Shown piece by piece: positions 24,078 to 36,480 of a stretch of 41,906 nucleotides of DNA; the first letter of the stretch is position 1, and each line of letters begins with the position of its first letter. The position numbers were made by a program, and so were the translations under genes. Source of the stretch: Chiloscyllium plagiosum (Eukaryota). The DNA lies in contig NC_057718.1 of NCBI RefSeq assembly GCF_004010195.1, positions 60,984,073 through 61,025,978 of the forward strand. Reading direction: 5' to 3'. The notes under the pieces were generated by a model, which had not been told where the DNA came from, made no database searches, and saw only the letters and a list, made by a program, of their open reading frames with translations.

Positions 24078-27000
24078 GGCAGCTCTTTGGTTTGCTGGTG
24101 CTGTTTTTGAAACTTAAGTAGTGCAACCCAGCTCCTGGTCTGTTTACAAGAAAGCTAGCAGTATCCCAATTTCATGACATGATTGGGTGTGGGTGGCCGA
24201 CAACTCAATCTGTCATACTCACATCTGTATTATGGCCAGAAAATAGGTCTCAAGCATGTCAACATTTATTTAAGGTCTTGTCAAATAATCCAACATGGCT
24301 CAAGTTGGATTTCACTGTTCTGATTACTTCAGCTCTCAAGTAGAAGTAGTAATTAACCACAACACAACAAGAACATGGGAACCTGGACTGAAAATGGGAT
24401 GGTCTGGATTTTGCAGTCTGCTCTGAAACAACAGTACTGACTTTGAAGAAAGCTGACCACAAACATCTAACAGCTTCTGTGATATCGATTTCTCCTTTCG
24501 CAATGAAACCCGAAATCTAAAGCCAAGTCCAGGGAATCATTAAGTGTCGAGCAGCACTGGTGTCAGCAAATTGAAGTATTCATGCACAGAAAACAAAGAT
24601 GTTAAAAGCAACAAATGTTATTCATTATCAATTTACTTCATCAGATTATTAATTATCATAAATGGACTATAAGAGAACCTAAAAGATCAAAAGCAAATGT
24701 TCAAAAAATCACTTTTAAAATATAATATTTTAATCTTATTTATTGGAAACAAATTATTTACCACAACTATAATTATGTTTTCAAGGCTAGTGAGAGTGTT
24801 AATAAGTTGTAATGAACTTAGCAAACCACTAAAATCTAGTTATACTTCATTCAACTAGTTGTAACTTTTGTAATAGTTTTAGTACAAAAATAGCAAGAGT
24901 AAAACTGAATATTTTCATCACTGGTTGGTTGACGATTACAGGATTTCAATAATAAACCGTTTGGAGGAGCATAGGATCACTGACAGCAATATCTGGATTT
25001 CCATGTCATTCTAGACATGTCCCTGAGGACAGTACCAATTTCAGTGATGTAATGTGGGCAAATGCTGATAGTCTCATTGTTATTAACATTACAAAGCCTG
25101 CATTGTTTTGATTGAAAGTCAATTGCATTGTCAAAATCACACATAAATGCATTGAGAAAATTTGAAGATGCAGGAACAATGTAATCCTTCAGGAACAATA
25201 AATTAAAGGTACTTAATATTATTATTACTTCAGCACTTGTTGCACATTCAATGCACTTTAGCATGAATGGACTACTTTTAGTGAAATTAGACACTATAGA
25301 TAAGGAACTTGTACAATTTTCAGGACTACCCATTCCTTTTCTCACACGTTTAATGCTGCAAAAAATGACAGAACAATAATAACTACCCATTTCACTAATC
25401 AATACCAAATATTGGCTAAACTAATTCAAAAACAATGTTTTATTGTGTAAAAATTCCCTTTCATTCTTCACGTGTTTTGACATTTTGATCCCTAAGATCT
25501 GTTTTGCACTGCAAACATTTAATATGCTTTGCATGACGCTAAATGTGTGGCATAGAAAAATAACTTGAACCAAAGCAGAATGAGTCTTCTTTCTTCAAAA
25601 TATCATAATCCATTTCTGTCTAAGATCAGATCAAATCCTGAATTTGTATTCAGACTGAATTTTGAGTGCAGGCATTATTATATGAAGGACCTTTTTGGTG
25701 TTGAACCTTACCCACCAGTGCACTTGGAAAATTGTGGGTAAGGGCCTATGATTTTCTGATATCACTGTTACACATACACGCTCAGTCATTAGCTGCAATG
25801 TAAATGTATCCTTAGGTGAAGACTCACATTTTATATCAAAACCATGACCTAAAACATTGAGGCTATTCTGATATCTACAGTTTGTATCATAACAATTATA
25901 GTTAAGTTTTAAATATAGTACAACTTCAATTTTACAACACCCCTTGACCTTCAACAGCACCAGCATTGATGAGTTTCCCTATTTGAAATGTCTTGAGGAA
26001 AGAAGGTATGGCTGGGGGCGATTCACTTGAGTTTAACTGGACCTGCGTGCCAATAACCTGTGCAGGGCTACGGACCCTGCCTGAAGCCTTTCCTCCATAC
26101 AAAAGGGCCAAATCTGAAATGTGATGCAATTACAGCAACCTTTAATAAAACTAGATACCATCCAGCACTGAGCTCTCAGTTTAATCTGTGCTCTATCCAT
26201 TCTCAGAGCAGTGAGGCAGGTTTTTTTTTGTTGTTGTTAAGTGCTTCAATTGATACCTTCATATTTTTCTCTGATGCCTCATAATTACCACCCTAACCAC
26301 CATGTCCCCACTGGCATATAGCATCTAACTGATGCTCTCTGCACTCTGGAGTACACCTATTCTACCCATAGCTAAGAGCAGGGGCTGTGGAAACTGCTCT
26401 TCACCGGGAATGTTGTCAAAGGAGTTATGCCTTGACTGCTGAAAGTTGAATAACGGTATTGACATTAGATTGACCCTGCGAAATTCAAAAGCCATCCTGC
26501 TTTTCAATCACAGGGTGTGAATCGCACTCTGCCATTATATTGCTCAGGTTTCTAACCAGGTGGAGGGTCCAGCCCTGAACGTTCAAAAACTAATGTTGCA
26601 GAAACAGAGAAAAAAAGAGTGACATCTGGAGAACAGCTTTGAGGTGTCACGGGAGGGCAACATCTATATAAGATGTCTGCTCCCAGGTTGCCCCAGAATA
26701 ACAGTAAGAAAACATAAAACACAAGAACAGGAGAGACTCAAATAGTAGCCATAATGGGGGGGGGGGGGCTGCTGCCTAACTTTTGGGATTGTACTCAGCA
26801 GAACTCAAAGGAATCTGCCTTCCCCTTGAGAGCTCAGTTTTATTTTGCTTCCTTCTTCATACTATTGTGACTAAGGAAAAGCTTTATTAAAAAAAATCAG
26901 ATGATCCTTTATGAAGCGCAGTTTTTATCAAAATTGACTGATCATATTTTAGCATAACATCTAATGACATTCCACATATGATTACGATGAAGACTCAGAT

Positions 27001-27215
27001 AACTGATGTATTTTTTACGTCACTGAAGGCAGTGGCGTTCTCCACTGTCCTTTGTAATCAGTTCTTGTTAAAATTACAAATGGCACTTGCAAAAGAACTC
27101 ATTTATGAATGATCTTGCTAATTAAAGAATATAATAAGACCTAAAGTTTGTGCAAAGATTTGTAGCTCGGGTACTCGTTGCTGTGGTTCTGTTCGCCGAG
27201 CTGGAAGTTTTTGTT

Positions 27216-27255
27216 GCAAACGTTTCGTCCCCTGGCTAGGCAACATCATCAGTGC
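27216..27255 (-). ncRNA. Minimal type I hammerhead ribozyme motif (family C), intact
   Basis: Minus strand reads gca-CTGATGA-T-GTTGCCT(AGCC)AGGGGAC-GAA-ACGT-T-tgc. Confidence 0.7.
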
Positions 27256-27419
27256 TTGGGAGCCTCCTGCGAAGCGCTTCTTTGATGTTTCCTCCGGTGT
27301 TTATAGTGGTCTGTCCCTGCCGCTTCTGGTTGTCAGTTTCAGCTGTCCGCTCTAGTGGTTGGTATATTGGGTCCAGGTCGAATGGAGTTTGTGGATGGAT
27401 GCCATACCTCTAGAAATTC

Positions 27420-28163
27420 CACAAACCAAGCTGCATCAGGACACTATTCAAAAGGGCCACAACACACTGCAGTACACCAGAACTGCAAAAAGAAGAAGAG
27501 GAACACCTATACAAGGTATTCGCCAAAAACGGATACCCGCGCAACTTCATCAACAGATGCCTAAGAGAAAGACCACAGAACGAGGACATACCACAACCAA
27601 AAGGACTAGCCACATTACCATACATCAGGAGCATCTCGGAACTGACAGCCAGACTACTGCGACCCCTAGGACACATAACGGCACACAAACCAACAGCCAC
27701 GCTCAGACAACAACTCACCAGAACGAAGGACACGATACCCAACATGAGCAAGACGAATGTAATGTACAAAATACCATGCAAGGACTGCACAAAACACTAT
27801 ATAGGACAAACAGGAAGACAGCTAACAATCCACATACATGAACATCAACTAGCCACGAAACGACACGACCAACTATCCTTAGTAGCCACACACGCAGACA
27901 ACAAGCAACATGAATTCAACTGGGACAACACTACTATCATAGGACAAGCCAGACAGAGAACAGCCAGGGAATTCCTAGAGGCATGGCATTCATCCACAAA
28001 CTCCATCAACAAACACATAGACCTGGACCCAATATACCAACCACTACAGCGGACAGCTGAAACTGACAACCGGAAGCGGCAGGGACAGACCACCATAAAC
28101 ACTGAAGGAAACATCAAAGAAGCGCTTCGCAGCAGGCTCCCAAGCACTGATGATGTCGCCTAG
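27420..28163 (+). CDS. 5'-truncated PLE ORF: RT C-terminal region plus GIY-YIG endonuclease
   Basis: Stop-free frame of 248 codons including the stop: HKPSCIRTLFKRATTHCSTPE...KNGYP...LPYI...NVMYKIPCKDCTKHYIGQTGRQL..HIHEH...REFLEAWHS...STDDVA*. Confidence 0.9.
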   Translation, partial: HKPSCIRTLFKRATTHCSTPELQKEEEEHLYKVFAKNGYPRNFINRCLRERPQNEDIPQPKGLATLPYIRSISELTARLLRPLGHITAHKPTATLRQQLTRTKDTIPNMSKTNVMYKIPCKDCTKHYIGQTGRQLTIHIHEHQLATKRHDQLSLVATHADNKQHEFNWDNTTIIGQARQRTAREFLEAWHSSTNSINKHIDLDPIYQPLQRTAETDNRKRQGQTTINTEGNIKEALRSRLPSTDDVA

Positions 28164-28176
28164 CCAAGGGACGAAA
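28144..28176 (+). ncRNA. Hammerhead motif (family C), cut off by the gap
   Basis: gca-CTGATGA-T-GTCGCCTAGCCAAGGGAC-GAAA then N. Overlaps the ORF stop codon. Confidence 0.6.
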
Positions 28177-28410
28177 NNNNNNNNNNNNNNNNNNNNNNNN
28201 NNNNNNNNNNNNNNNNNNNNNNNNNNNNNNNNNNNNNNNNNNNNNNNNNNNNNNNNNNNNNNNNNNNNNNNNNNNNNNNNNNNNNNNNNNNNNNNNNNNN
28301 NNNNNNNNNNNNNNNNNNNNNNNNNNNNNNNNNNNNNNNNNNNNNNNNNNNNNNNNNNNNNNNNNNNNNNNNNNNNNNNNNNNNNNNNNNNNNNNNNNNN
28401 NNNNNNNNNN
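28177..28410. other. Assembly gap (N run)
   Basis: 234 N. Confidence 1.
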
Positions 28411-28736
28411 ACGGCTAACAATCCGCATACATGAACATCAACTAGCCACGAAACGACACGACCAGCTATCCTTAGTAGCCACACACGCAGACAACAAGCA
28501 ACATGAATTCGACTGGGACAACACTACTATCATAGGGCAAGCCAGACAGAGAACAGCCAGGGAATTCCTAGAGGCATGGCATTCATCCACAAACTCCATC
28601 AACAAACACATCGACCTGGACCCAATATACCAACCACTAGAGCGGACAGCTGAAACTGACAACCGGAAGCGGCAGGGACAGACCACTATAAACACCGGAG
28701 GAAACATCAAAGAAGCGCTTCGCAGGAGGCTCCCAA

Positions 28737-28776
28737 GCACTGATGATGTTGCCTAGCTAGGGGATGAAACATTTGC
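28737..28776 (+). ncRNA. Hammerhead motif (family C), CpG-decayed
   Basis: gca-CTGATGA-T-GTTGCCTAGCTAGGGGAT-GAA-ACAT-T-tgc. The ACGT palindrome has become ACAT. Confidence 0.5.
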
Positions 28777-29374
28777 AACAAAAACTTCCAGCTCGGCGAA
28801 CAGAACCACAGCATAATAAGACCTAACTTTCTCAAATGTGCTGTCAATGAGCATTGCCATTAGACATCTCTAAAGAAGCAATATGTTGAAAATAACAATG
28901 ATTGCATGTTTACTGATCTTTTACAGTGCAGATAATTGACTATTTAGCTACAGAATGGGGTTTTAAAAACTTTGTCATATACTTGAATATGTTGAGCAAA
29001 TAGCATCAGATTTTTCCATTAAAAATTAAAAGGGTGGAACTTTTATTAGTCCCTAAAATCCATGGACTGTCTTTCCAGTCATTAAGTGGTCAATGTGAAG
29101 GCACCTGCTATACATGGGGTTGAGGCACCCACATAACCAGAATGTTCCTCAATGTTGCCATGTGCCTCATGTTGCTGAGAGAAACTACATCGGGGGATGG
29201 GGTATAAATCACCCCACTTATGCCCTACTACGAAGAGACAGAAAAAGAAACATTTTAAAACTTCACCTGGCAGTGCAAGCACACTCACTCATGGAGGGTA
29301 ACATACTTTGAGTGAATGTATGAGCTTTCAGTCTAATGCCAAGACACTGATAGGGTTTTGTCAAAGTATTTCAA

Positions 29375-29612
29375 TTTTTTTACACAGAGTGTGATTCGTG
29401 TGTAAAATAAACTTCTAGAGGAAGTGGTAGATGTGGGTACAATTATAATTTTTAAAAAATACTTACATTAGTGCATGAATAAGAAATGTTTTGAGGGGAA
29501 TGGGCCAAGAGCAGGCAGGTGGGACTAGTTTAGTTTGGGATTATGGTTGGCATGGACTGGTTGGACGGAAGGGTCTGTTTTCATGCTGTATGACTCTTAT
29601 AACCTATGACTC
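29375..29612 (+). mobile_element. CR1 LINE 3' end
   Basis: ttttttacacagagtgtg...gaggaagtggtagatg...gggtctgttttcatgctgtatgactct. Homologous to 9050-9270. Confidence 0.85.
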
Positions 29613-30369
29613 AAAGCTTGACTCTGTTCCCTTGATATCACGGCCTTGTAGGAGGCTGATGAAGAGTGCAGAGATTCCAACCATACTATATGTTGTGGAC
29701 GCAATTTTTTTCAGTTCTGAGTGATGTTGGCTTTGGCAAGGACAAGTCGTAGAATTGGGCACAATGCTTGTTGGGCACGATCTTGACATTGAGACTATCT
29801 TGCCTTATCTTGTACTCATTTCTCAAGATTTTAACTCAGCAGTGATGAATTCCCAGTTGATGCTCATTAATTCTTGTTAAACACTTGTTAACAGATGAAC
29901 TCACCATCTTATCAAACTTACTATACAAACTAGCCATCAGGAAAATTCACCATAGAGATCAGAGCAGTTTCATGATGGGTTCAACTCCCTACTTGCTCCA
30001 AAACACCTCCATGTTGGACACTGGTTACGAACATCTCAGGCACATTCCATGGGTATCGGCCACGTATAAACTGCATCCAAGAACATTAACATGCAACATG
30101 TGCCAGCCTCTATGAACTCTCATGGTATTTCTCTCATGATTTACCTACAGTATCCCAGCCTTGCCATGCCATTTTGCACATTGTCCTCTCAGCTCAAGAT
30201 ATCAGCCCCATATTACTTCTATCATGCCATGTCGTTTAGCAAAGACACAAAGCCAAGAAGCTTGCCACAGTTGTCTGCAGGGCTCAGTCCAGTCAAGGGG
30301 ATTACCCTTAAGTAAGATGTTTCCATTACAATAAGACAAGGGCAGCCTCCAATACCAATCCAGACCCTG

Positions 30370-30985
30370 CTTGGGGATGTCAGTCTCAGGATCCTCTCCA
30401 TAAAATGAGTGAGGAGTTGAATGGTTGGCAGTACAAGTTCCATCTTGAGTCTTTCTGCCCTATTATTTTCCTCCTCGAATGGGAGAGAGGCAATTATTTT
30501 GCGAGATGAAAGTGGGTGCCACAATTATCACTATCTGTGCAGCTGGGGAGGTTTCTCAAGCAAGTGGGTAGGCTGCAGAGACAATGTGCAAGATTAGTGG
30601 TACCTCAGGTTAGAGTGGGTGAGGATGAGTGGGGAAGATGTTGCAGGCAAAGCTGAGAGTGGTGGAGCATGAGCCTTGCTGGAAGATGGGTACTGGAGCA
30701 GAGATAGAGATATCAGAGGTATCAGAGAAATGATAGTGACACTTAGGCTGACGTAGTGAAGAAAGATATTGACCTTCTTCTGACATTGATATGCATTCCT
30801 CCACATGGCCAAGACTGTGCCATCCTCAGTGGTCATCTTGGACCAGGCTGGCACGGTATGGTGTCATTGCCTCCACTGCTGGCCTTAGGGAAAATGAAGA
30901 GAATGTCTCATCTGTGCACCACTCCACTGGCAATAGCTCCAGGACCATTCCTGTCAAGTGGGACATCAATATTCCCTGTTTGCCA
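30370..30985 (-). pseudogene. Decayed Myb/SANT-like gene of a PIF/Harbinger DNA transposon
   Basis: Minus frames GVVHR*DILF and PAWSKMTTEDGTVLAMWRNAYQCQKKVNIFL, an intron-like spacer, then NNRAERLKMELVLPTIQLLTHFMERILRLT. Same layout as 5750-6200. Confidence 0.65.
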
Positions 30986-31289
30986 TGGCCAAGGCTAATG
31001 TCAGGAACCAAACAGGGCAGCCCCACACTAACAGTACTTATCCAGTTCACAAGATGGCGTAGTCTCCAGGGATGCTAATTAATTCCAGGATCTCTGGTGA
31101 GTGGCTCAAAGCAGGGCCAGATACCAACCATAAGGGTTAAAACATCAGTTAATGTGGTATGTTCAGTAAGAAATGGTGAGAAAACTCCACTCTGCCTCAT
31201 GGTGAGAAACACTGCAGAAAAACTTGATGCTACCTGCATTTATCCAAAAAAAAACCCTAAGATTCAGTGCATTGTGTCATACCAGCATA

Positions 31290-31715
31290 GGCTGGCATCT
31301 TATGTACACACAGCAGTCACATTCCAAGCCCATTCAGAAGGTCAATCAATTTTGACCTTTCTAGCAACAATCAACCGGCTGAGTACATAACCAAAGATCG
31401 GGCCATATGCTAAAAACAAATGTAAAGTATTGTGCACCCACCGATACAGTCATTTCATTATGTTATATGGAAAAAAATAAAGGTGCCAATTGACATCATA
31501 TTTGGAAGTTATCCCAGTCCTTCCCAGCCTGTGTCAACATATGTTGAGGATCTGCAAGAGAGATTAGAGAAAACATACTCTGGCAAAAGACAAATTAAAT
31601 CTGTCACAGCAACAACAACAGGAAATCTATGATAGAGGTGCTAACTTCATCATTTTCTTCCAGGTGGTTGTATATGGCATGATACACCAGTCAAGAAAAA
31701 GAGTCCAGTAATATG
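31290..31715 (+). mobile_element. Gypsy-type integrase C-terminal relic
   Basis: TFQAHSEGQ resembles the TPYHPQSDGQ motif. Then KVPIDIIFG...YVEDLQERLEKTY and, after a frameshift, KDKLNLSQQQQQEIYDR. Confidence 0.7.
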
Positions 31716-32197
31716 GGCAAAGATAGTGCAGAAACTTTGATATGTGAAGCATTTAATGAGTTCTGGTACTGGTTAGAAACTCTAATGCAGCAATGTTATA
31801 AAATGGAAGAATGCTTCATTCCACCTCAAATTAATTTCAAATCACATCCAGTTAAACAAGGTGATCAGAATTTGATAGACCTAAACAAGCAGCTATCTAG
31901 ATTTTGTAGCTATGCACTGCTGGTAAACCTGTAATTATTTTGTGCTATATATATATATCAGGTGTTGCACTTTTGACGTGAAGCATCATAGCTCCAAATT
32001 GAACAGGAAATCCTTAAGGCGCAAGAGATGTAACCAACAGTAGCACAACTCAACACCCGATGTGTCTCTCAGATTTGGAAAGCTGCTTTTCTTTTTCCGT
32101 GATCATTTTTATGCCCTGATAGAGCCAGCAGATTATTGGTCACCTTCCCAAAGTGCTAGTTTCATTTTTATTTTATATCTAAGGTATTTATGTCTGT

Positions 32198-32234
32198 ATT
32201 CCTGAAGAAGGGCTTATGCCCGAAACGTCGATTC
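32198..32234 (+). ncRNA. Minimal type I hammerhead ribozyme motif (family B), intact core
   Basis: attc-CTGAAGA-A-GGGC(TTAT)GCCC-GAA-ACGT-C-gattc. Confidence 0.72.
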
Positions 32235-32327
32235 TCCTGCTCCTCGGATGCTGCCTGGCCTGCTGTATTTTTCCAGCACCACATTTTTCAACTCTGGTCT
32301 CCAGCATCTGCAGTCCTCACTTTCTCC
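32198..32327 (+). mobile_element. Miniature family B insertion (130 bp), non-inverted
   Basis: 13-bp TSD tatttatgtctgt at 32185-32197 and 32328-32340. Confidence 0.93.
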
Positions 32328-33149
32328 TATTTATGTCTGTGTCCATGCTTTACAGATTTTATTATAGTTAAAAAAGAACTATTGGAAATTAATTTAATAA
32401 ATACACCAAATGATAAAGAGAGTGTACATTATGATAACAGATAATTAACAGTATGGACGTATTGCCCAAAAAATTGCCCCCAAAATGTTGGAGAATAATA
32501 CTGCAGAGTGTAATGTCTCTTTAAGTGACCAGGCAGCAACGAGGACTTTGTTTAATTGATACAGTTAGGGTCTTTGAACACAGCAATTGGTTATATAAAT
32601 ATTCCAGACAAAATCATTTGCTGTGGAAGTAGATGGGGCCACAACAGTGCATTTTTGTGAACACCTTATCAAATACCATAAGGGAAATGGAAAGCAATAT
32701 AGAGGCAACTGGAAATCCCATTGTAGCAAAGAGAAGGACGTCATTAAGATGAACACCCTGGAAGAGAGATGGAAATTAATTAAACACTCAAGTAAAAGCA
32801 AAATATTGCTCGGCTTTAAATATGATTTTAAAAAAAGCAGGAAGCATTAGAAAAACTCAGCAGATTTTGCAGGGAGTGAACAGAGAGAGATAGAGACAGA
32901 GTTATGCATACAATAAGACTGTTCATGGGGATTTGATGTAAAGTTGCCATTGATGATGCTCCAATTTTACTCCATGTAGCTTTCAACTGAAGTTCCATCC
33001 TTCATGTTTCCAATCACCCATAACAGCTATCTCTGAGACGTACAAAATTTCTCAGATAGCAGTTTTCACTGCAACCTGAAATCCACACTCAGTGCCATGC
33101 ACAGCCATACACACACACATGACCTCACATTCAAGCTACAACTTAGTTC

Positions 33150-33270
33150 ATCTTATTGGACTCAAACTGTTAACTCTTTTTGTCACTCCCCAAATATTGC
33201 CAGACTTGCTAACGTTAAATGGCATTTCTTACTTTTATTTCAGATTTCCAGCATCCAGAATTTTTTACTT
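33150..33270 (+). mobile_element. Old PLE-terminus-like fragment
   Basis: gttaactct...gccagacttgct...ttttatttcagatttccagcatc resembles 23140-23248. Similar remnants lie at 32830-32905 (minus) and 36225-36345 (plus). Confidence 0.5.
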
Positions 33271-34694
33271 CTGTATCATGCAAATAGCCCTAAGAAAACA
33301 ACATTTCAATAAAATAAATCTAAAATTCCTGTGTTATATATTGAAAACCAAATGTGGTTAAATTTACATGAATATTTGTTGAGTTTCTCATTGTGAAGGA
33401 ACCCATGTTTCTAAACCTCATAGCTCCACAGTATCATATTTATTAACAAGCTGGACAACAGCCAAGTCATTGTGGAGCCTGCTGGTAAGCTAATGAAGTC
33501 ACAGTAGACTATTCCTTGTTGCTAACATTACCATTTGCTATGCTAATGATGTCATATTGGGTCCCTTTTTGAATTTGCTATGAGGTTATACCCTGCCTGA
33601 GTTGGTAGGACATTGATGTAAGTAAATGACAACAATTTTAATATGTTATGCTAACTGTTACTAAAATCTGGATTTATTGAAATTGAAACTATTCCGATCA
33701 CTTAATAATTATTCCATTTCCTCCACCATTAGGTTAGGGCATTGTGACAAAACTGTTAGGCATCAGGGACACATTACTGAGGTGATGGTATTCAAATGCA
33801 CTGAAGCAATACCGATTTTATTCAACAGCTTTAGTTCCAAAGCTAAGGTGGAAAAACAGCAAGCTAGCCGGCATTGACCTGGCTGCAGCCAGGGGTGAAG
33901 ACATAACTCAAACTGATTAAAGCAAGCTTTCTTTTGCAGACTGATATTTATAGCATAATATGAACATGGCTGGCATTGCCATCCATTCTTGAGAAGTTAA
34001 ATATAAATTGTACTGAAGCCAGAAATGTGTAAATTTGAGAATAGTGTCTGGCAAACCTGAAAAATTCCAGGAATATTAATTGCTCATTTTAGTCCTTTAG
34101 TGGGAAATAATATGGCTGCAATGATTAATTAGTTAACTCATAACTTTTTAACTGGTTTCAACTGCCCATTGGTCTTAATAAAAACAATAGTTTCTTGTCA
34201 ACTTCAATAATGAAATACATTCTACACCTATGAAAAACTTAGGAGAACCATCTTTCAAACTCTGAGGTCATTTCAACACACTGGCATCGTTAATTTCTAA
34301 TTTGAGTATTAAATTCATAGATGGTCATTTTTAACTTGAGAAGACAGTGCAAAATGGATGAAATAGAATGAGTCATCAATTTGCTTTGCCCTGTTTTCAC
34401 TCATTTTGTTGCATGTTTTGGCATATATATTAATACCCACTACAATCCTACTATTGTGAGATTTTAATTGTGTTCTGGCAGTTCTGGCTCCCAGTTCATG
34501 ACTCAGAACTAAACGTACTAATGTCCTTGCAGTATTCCAGTGGTTACTACAAAGCATCTCAAATGCTGAAGCAGGATCTGCTTTCATTATATAGCTACAT
34601 TCATTGGAGTGGAATTACAGTGACTATTTTAAAATATTATTTGTTACATTTCAGAAGTTATAAATTTACAATTCTTTTCTCTGGGTGGGATGCC

Positions 34695-34760
34695 GCACAG
34701 AGGGTCGGTCTGGACTTGATGGGCTGAATGGCCTGCTTCCACACTGTAGGAATTCTATGG
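34695..34760 (+). mobile_element. HE1/CR1-type 3' tail fragment
   Basis: ggacttgatgggctgaatggcctgcttccacactgtaggaattcta matches the tail of the SINE at 23770-23830. Confidence 0.8.
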
Positions 34761-36480
34761 TACTTTAATTTTTCCCTCCTTTTTAATCTTTTTAATAATT
34801 CTTTGTTTATGTATATATAGGGCAATTATATGCCTTTACTTTAAGTTTGATATTAACTTTGACTTTTCTAGTTAACCATGGTTAGTAAGATCGTCCCTCA
34901 GAATTTTTCTTATATTGCCATGTATTTATTCTACATTTTCCAACATGTTGGAAAAGTAGTCAGCTTTCTGGCTGGGAAACCAGGACATCTTGCCTGCCGG
35001 TTTGAAGGTGTGCCTCCATTCGCCAATCTGGGGCCAACTGAAGAAAGAATGAGGTGGCAAGTGGGTGGTCACTGAAGGAAACCTCCCTGCCCTTGCCTCC
35101 AACTACTCTGATCCCACCTCTCCCCCTAACCCTGTGTGTATGAGACCTGAAAATAAAGCACTAGCCTTCTTTCTGTTTCCGTACCAAAAGCCTGGTACTC
35201 CAACCATTGTAATGTAGAACCCAGAAGCCTCTCATTAGCTGGCGGCTTCAGGCAGTATCAGGCAGAGCTTGTGATATGCTGAGAAACTTGCTGAGAAGCT
35301 TTGTTGCTGGATCTATGGAGATCCAATTCCTCACATTCAATGCATATAAGTCCAATAGTCACTTCCCTATTCCTAAAAATCAAATATTGTAATCACGTTC
35401 ACTCTCCAGGAACATTCACTGAATAGTAATCTAGAACTATGATGTCTTTACCTTTACGTAATCAAGAGTAAGAACCATGCTTCATTGTTATTTATGTCTC
35501 CATGGTTTACTTTGGCACCTCACTGATAACCTAGCTGAGATTATCTCACTCATTGTAAACCATAGACTGGAGGTGTAGTTTTCTTAATTTGTGAGCCTCA
35601 CTATCATACATTGTGGTAAATTAGCCTGTCTAAAGATAGGTGTAATTAAAAAGCTAGTGCAAGGTTTGCCACAACCGAGTTGGCAAACTCTGGAAGGTCT
35701 CTCGTTGCAACTATCAAAAGCATTATCACTTCTATAAGCTATTCCTTTTAATAGTCTCTAAATAGCAGTGCAAATCATATGCATTATATTGATTTTAAAG
35801 AAAATTGGGGTTTAGCAAAGACAGGAGCTGATTAAACATGGCACTTGGCTAACAGACTGGGTGGGGCTAGGTTATTGAGCAATTTAGTGCTTTGTCAACG
35901 GAACCTGAATCAATGTGGTTTAAAACTGAAAAGTCTAAAGGTTAACAACTACCAGAAGTTTCAACAACCCAGTTATCAGCTTTTATTATAGCAATGCAAT
36001 GCACTGCATAGCACAAAGATTAAAGGTCACCCTGTGACTTTAATAACAAGGTAAAATGTACAATATAACATTGAAGTTCACCAACGAGAGAAATGGAACA
36101 ACCTTGATATGCAGGGCTGAGTTTAGTTACATTCTTGTTCTGAATATAAAGGTTCTTCCACTCTTTAGAATATCTGTTAAAGACCTTGAACAGTATTAGG
36201 TTAGTTCGCCAGGTGTTCAATTGAAAGGTTATTGAATCCAAAACATTAACTCTTTCTCTCTCCATCGATCCTGCTGAGCTTCTTCAGCACTTTTAGTTTT
36301 TATTTCAGATTTCTAGCATTCACAGTACTTTATTTTTATTTCAAACCTGTTGGATGAAATCGAATAAGTTGCTAGCTGGTGAAGTGAAATAAAAGATTTT
36401 AAATGTCTCCAGGGAGAGAACTTACTTTGAAAATGTCAGTACACATCGAAGGGAATTGAGTTGGTTTCTACATGTGGTAG

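Larger units (their letters stand above)
27145..28812 (+). mobile_element. Young PLE (family C, Penelope/Poseidon-like): inverted 5' terminal repeat, truncated ORF, two tandem terminal repeats
   Basis: 14-bp TSD ataataagacctaa at 27131-27144 and 28813-28826. Positions 27145-27420 are an inverted terminal repeat. Direct repeats ~27818-28176 and 28411-28770 flank an N gap. Confidence 0.95.

Noticed and set aside
24977..25408. 143-aa minus-strand ORF in non-repeat DNA, with an acceptor-like tract near 25357-25375
   Set aside because: Non-ATG start, no recognisable domain, and composition typical of AT-rich non-coding DNA. A homology search would be needed to exclude it fully.
26756..26768. Poly-G run
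   Set aside because: Simple homopolymer with no further structure.
27359..27841. 160-aa plus-strand ORF and overlapping minus-strand ORFs
   Set aside because: Alternative frames of the PLE ORF. The real frame is 27420-28163.
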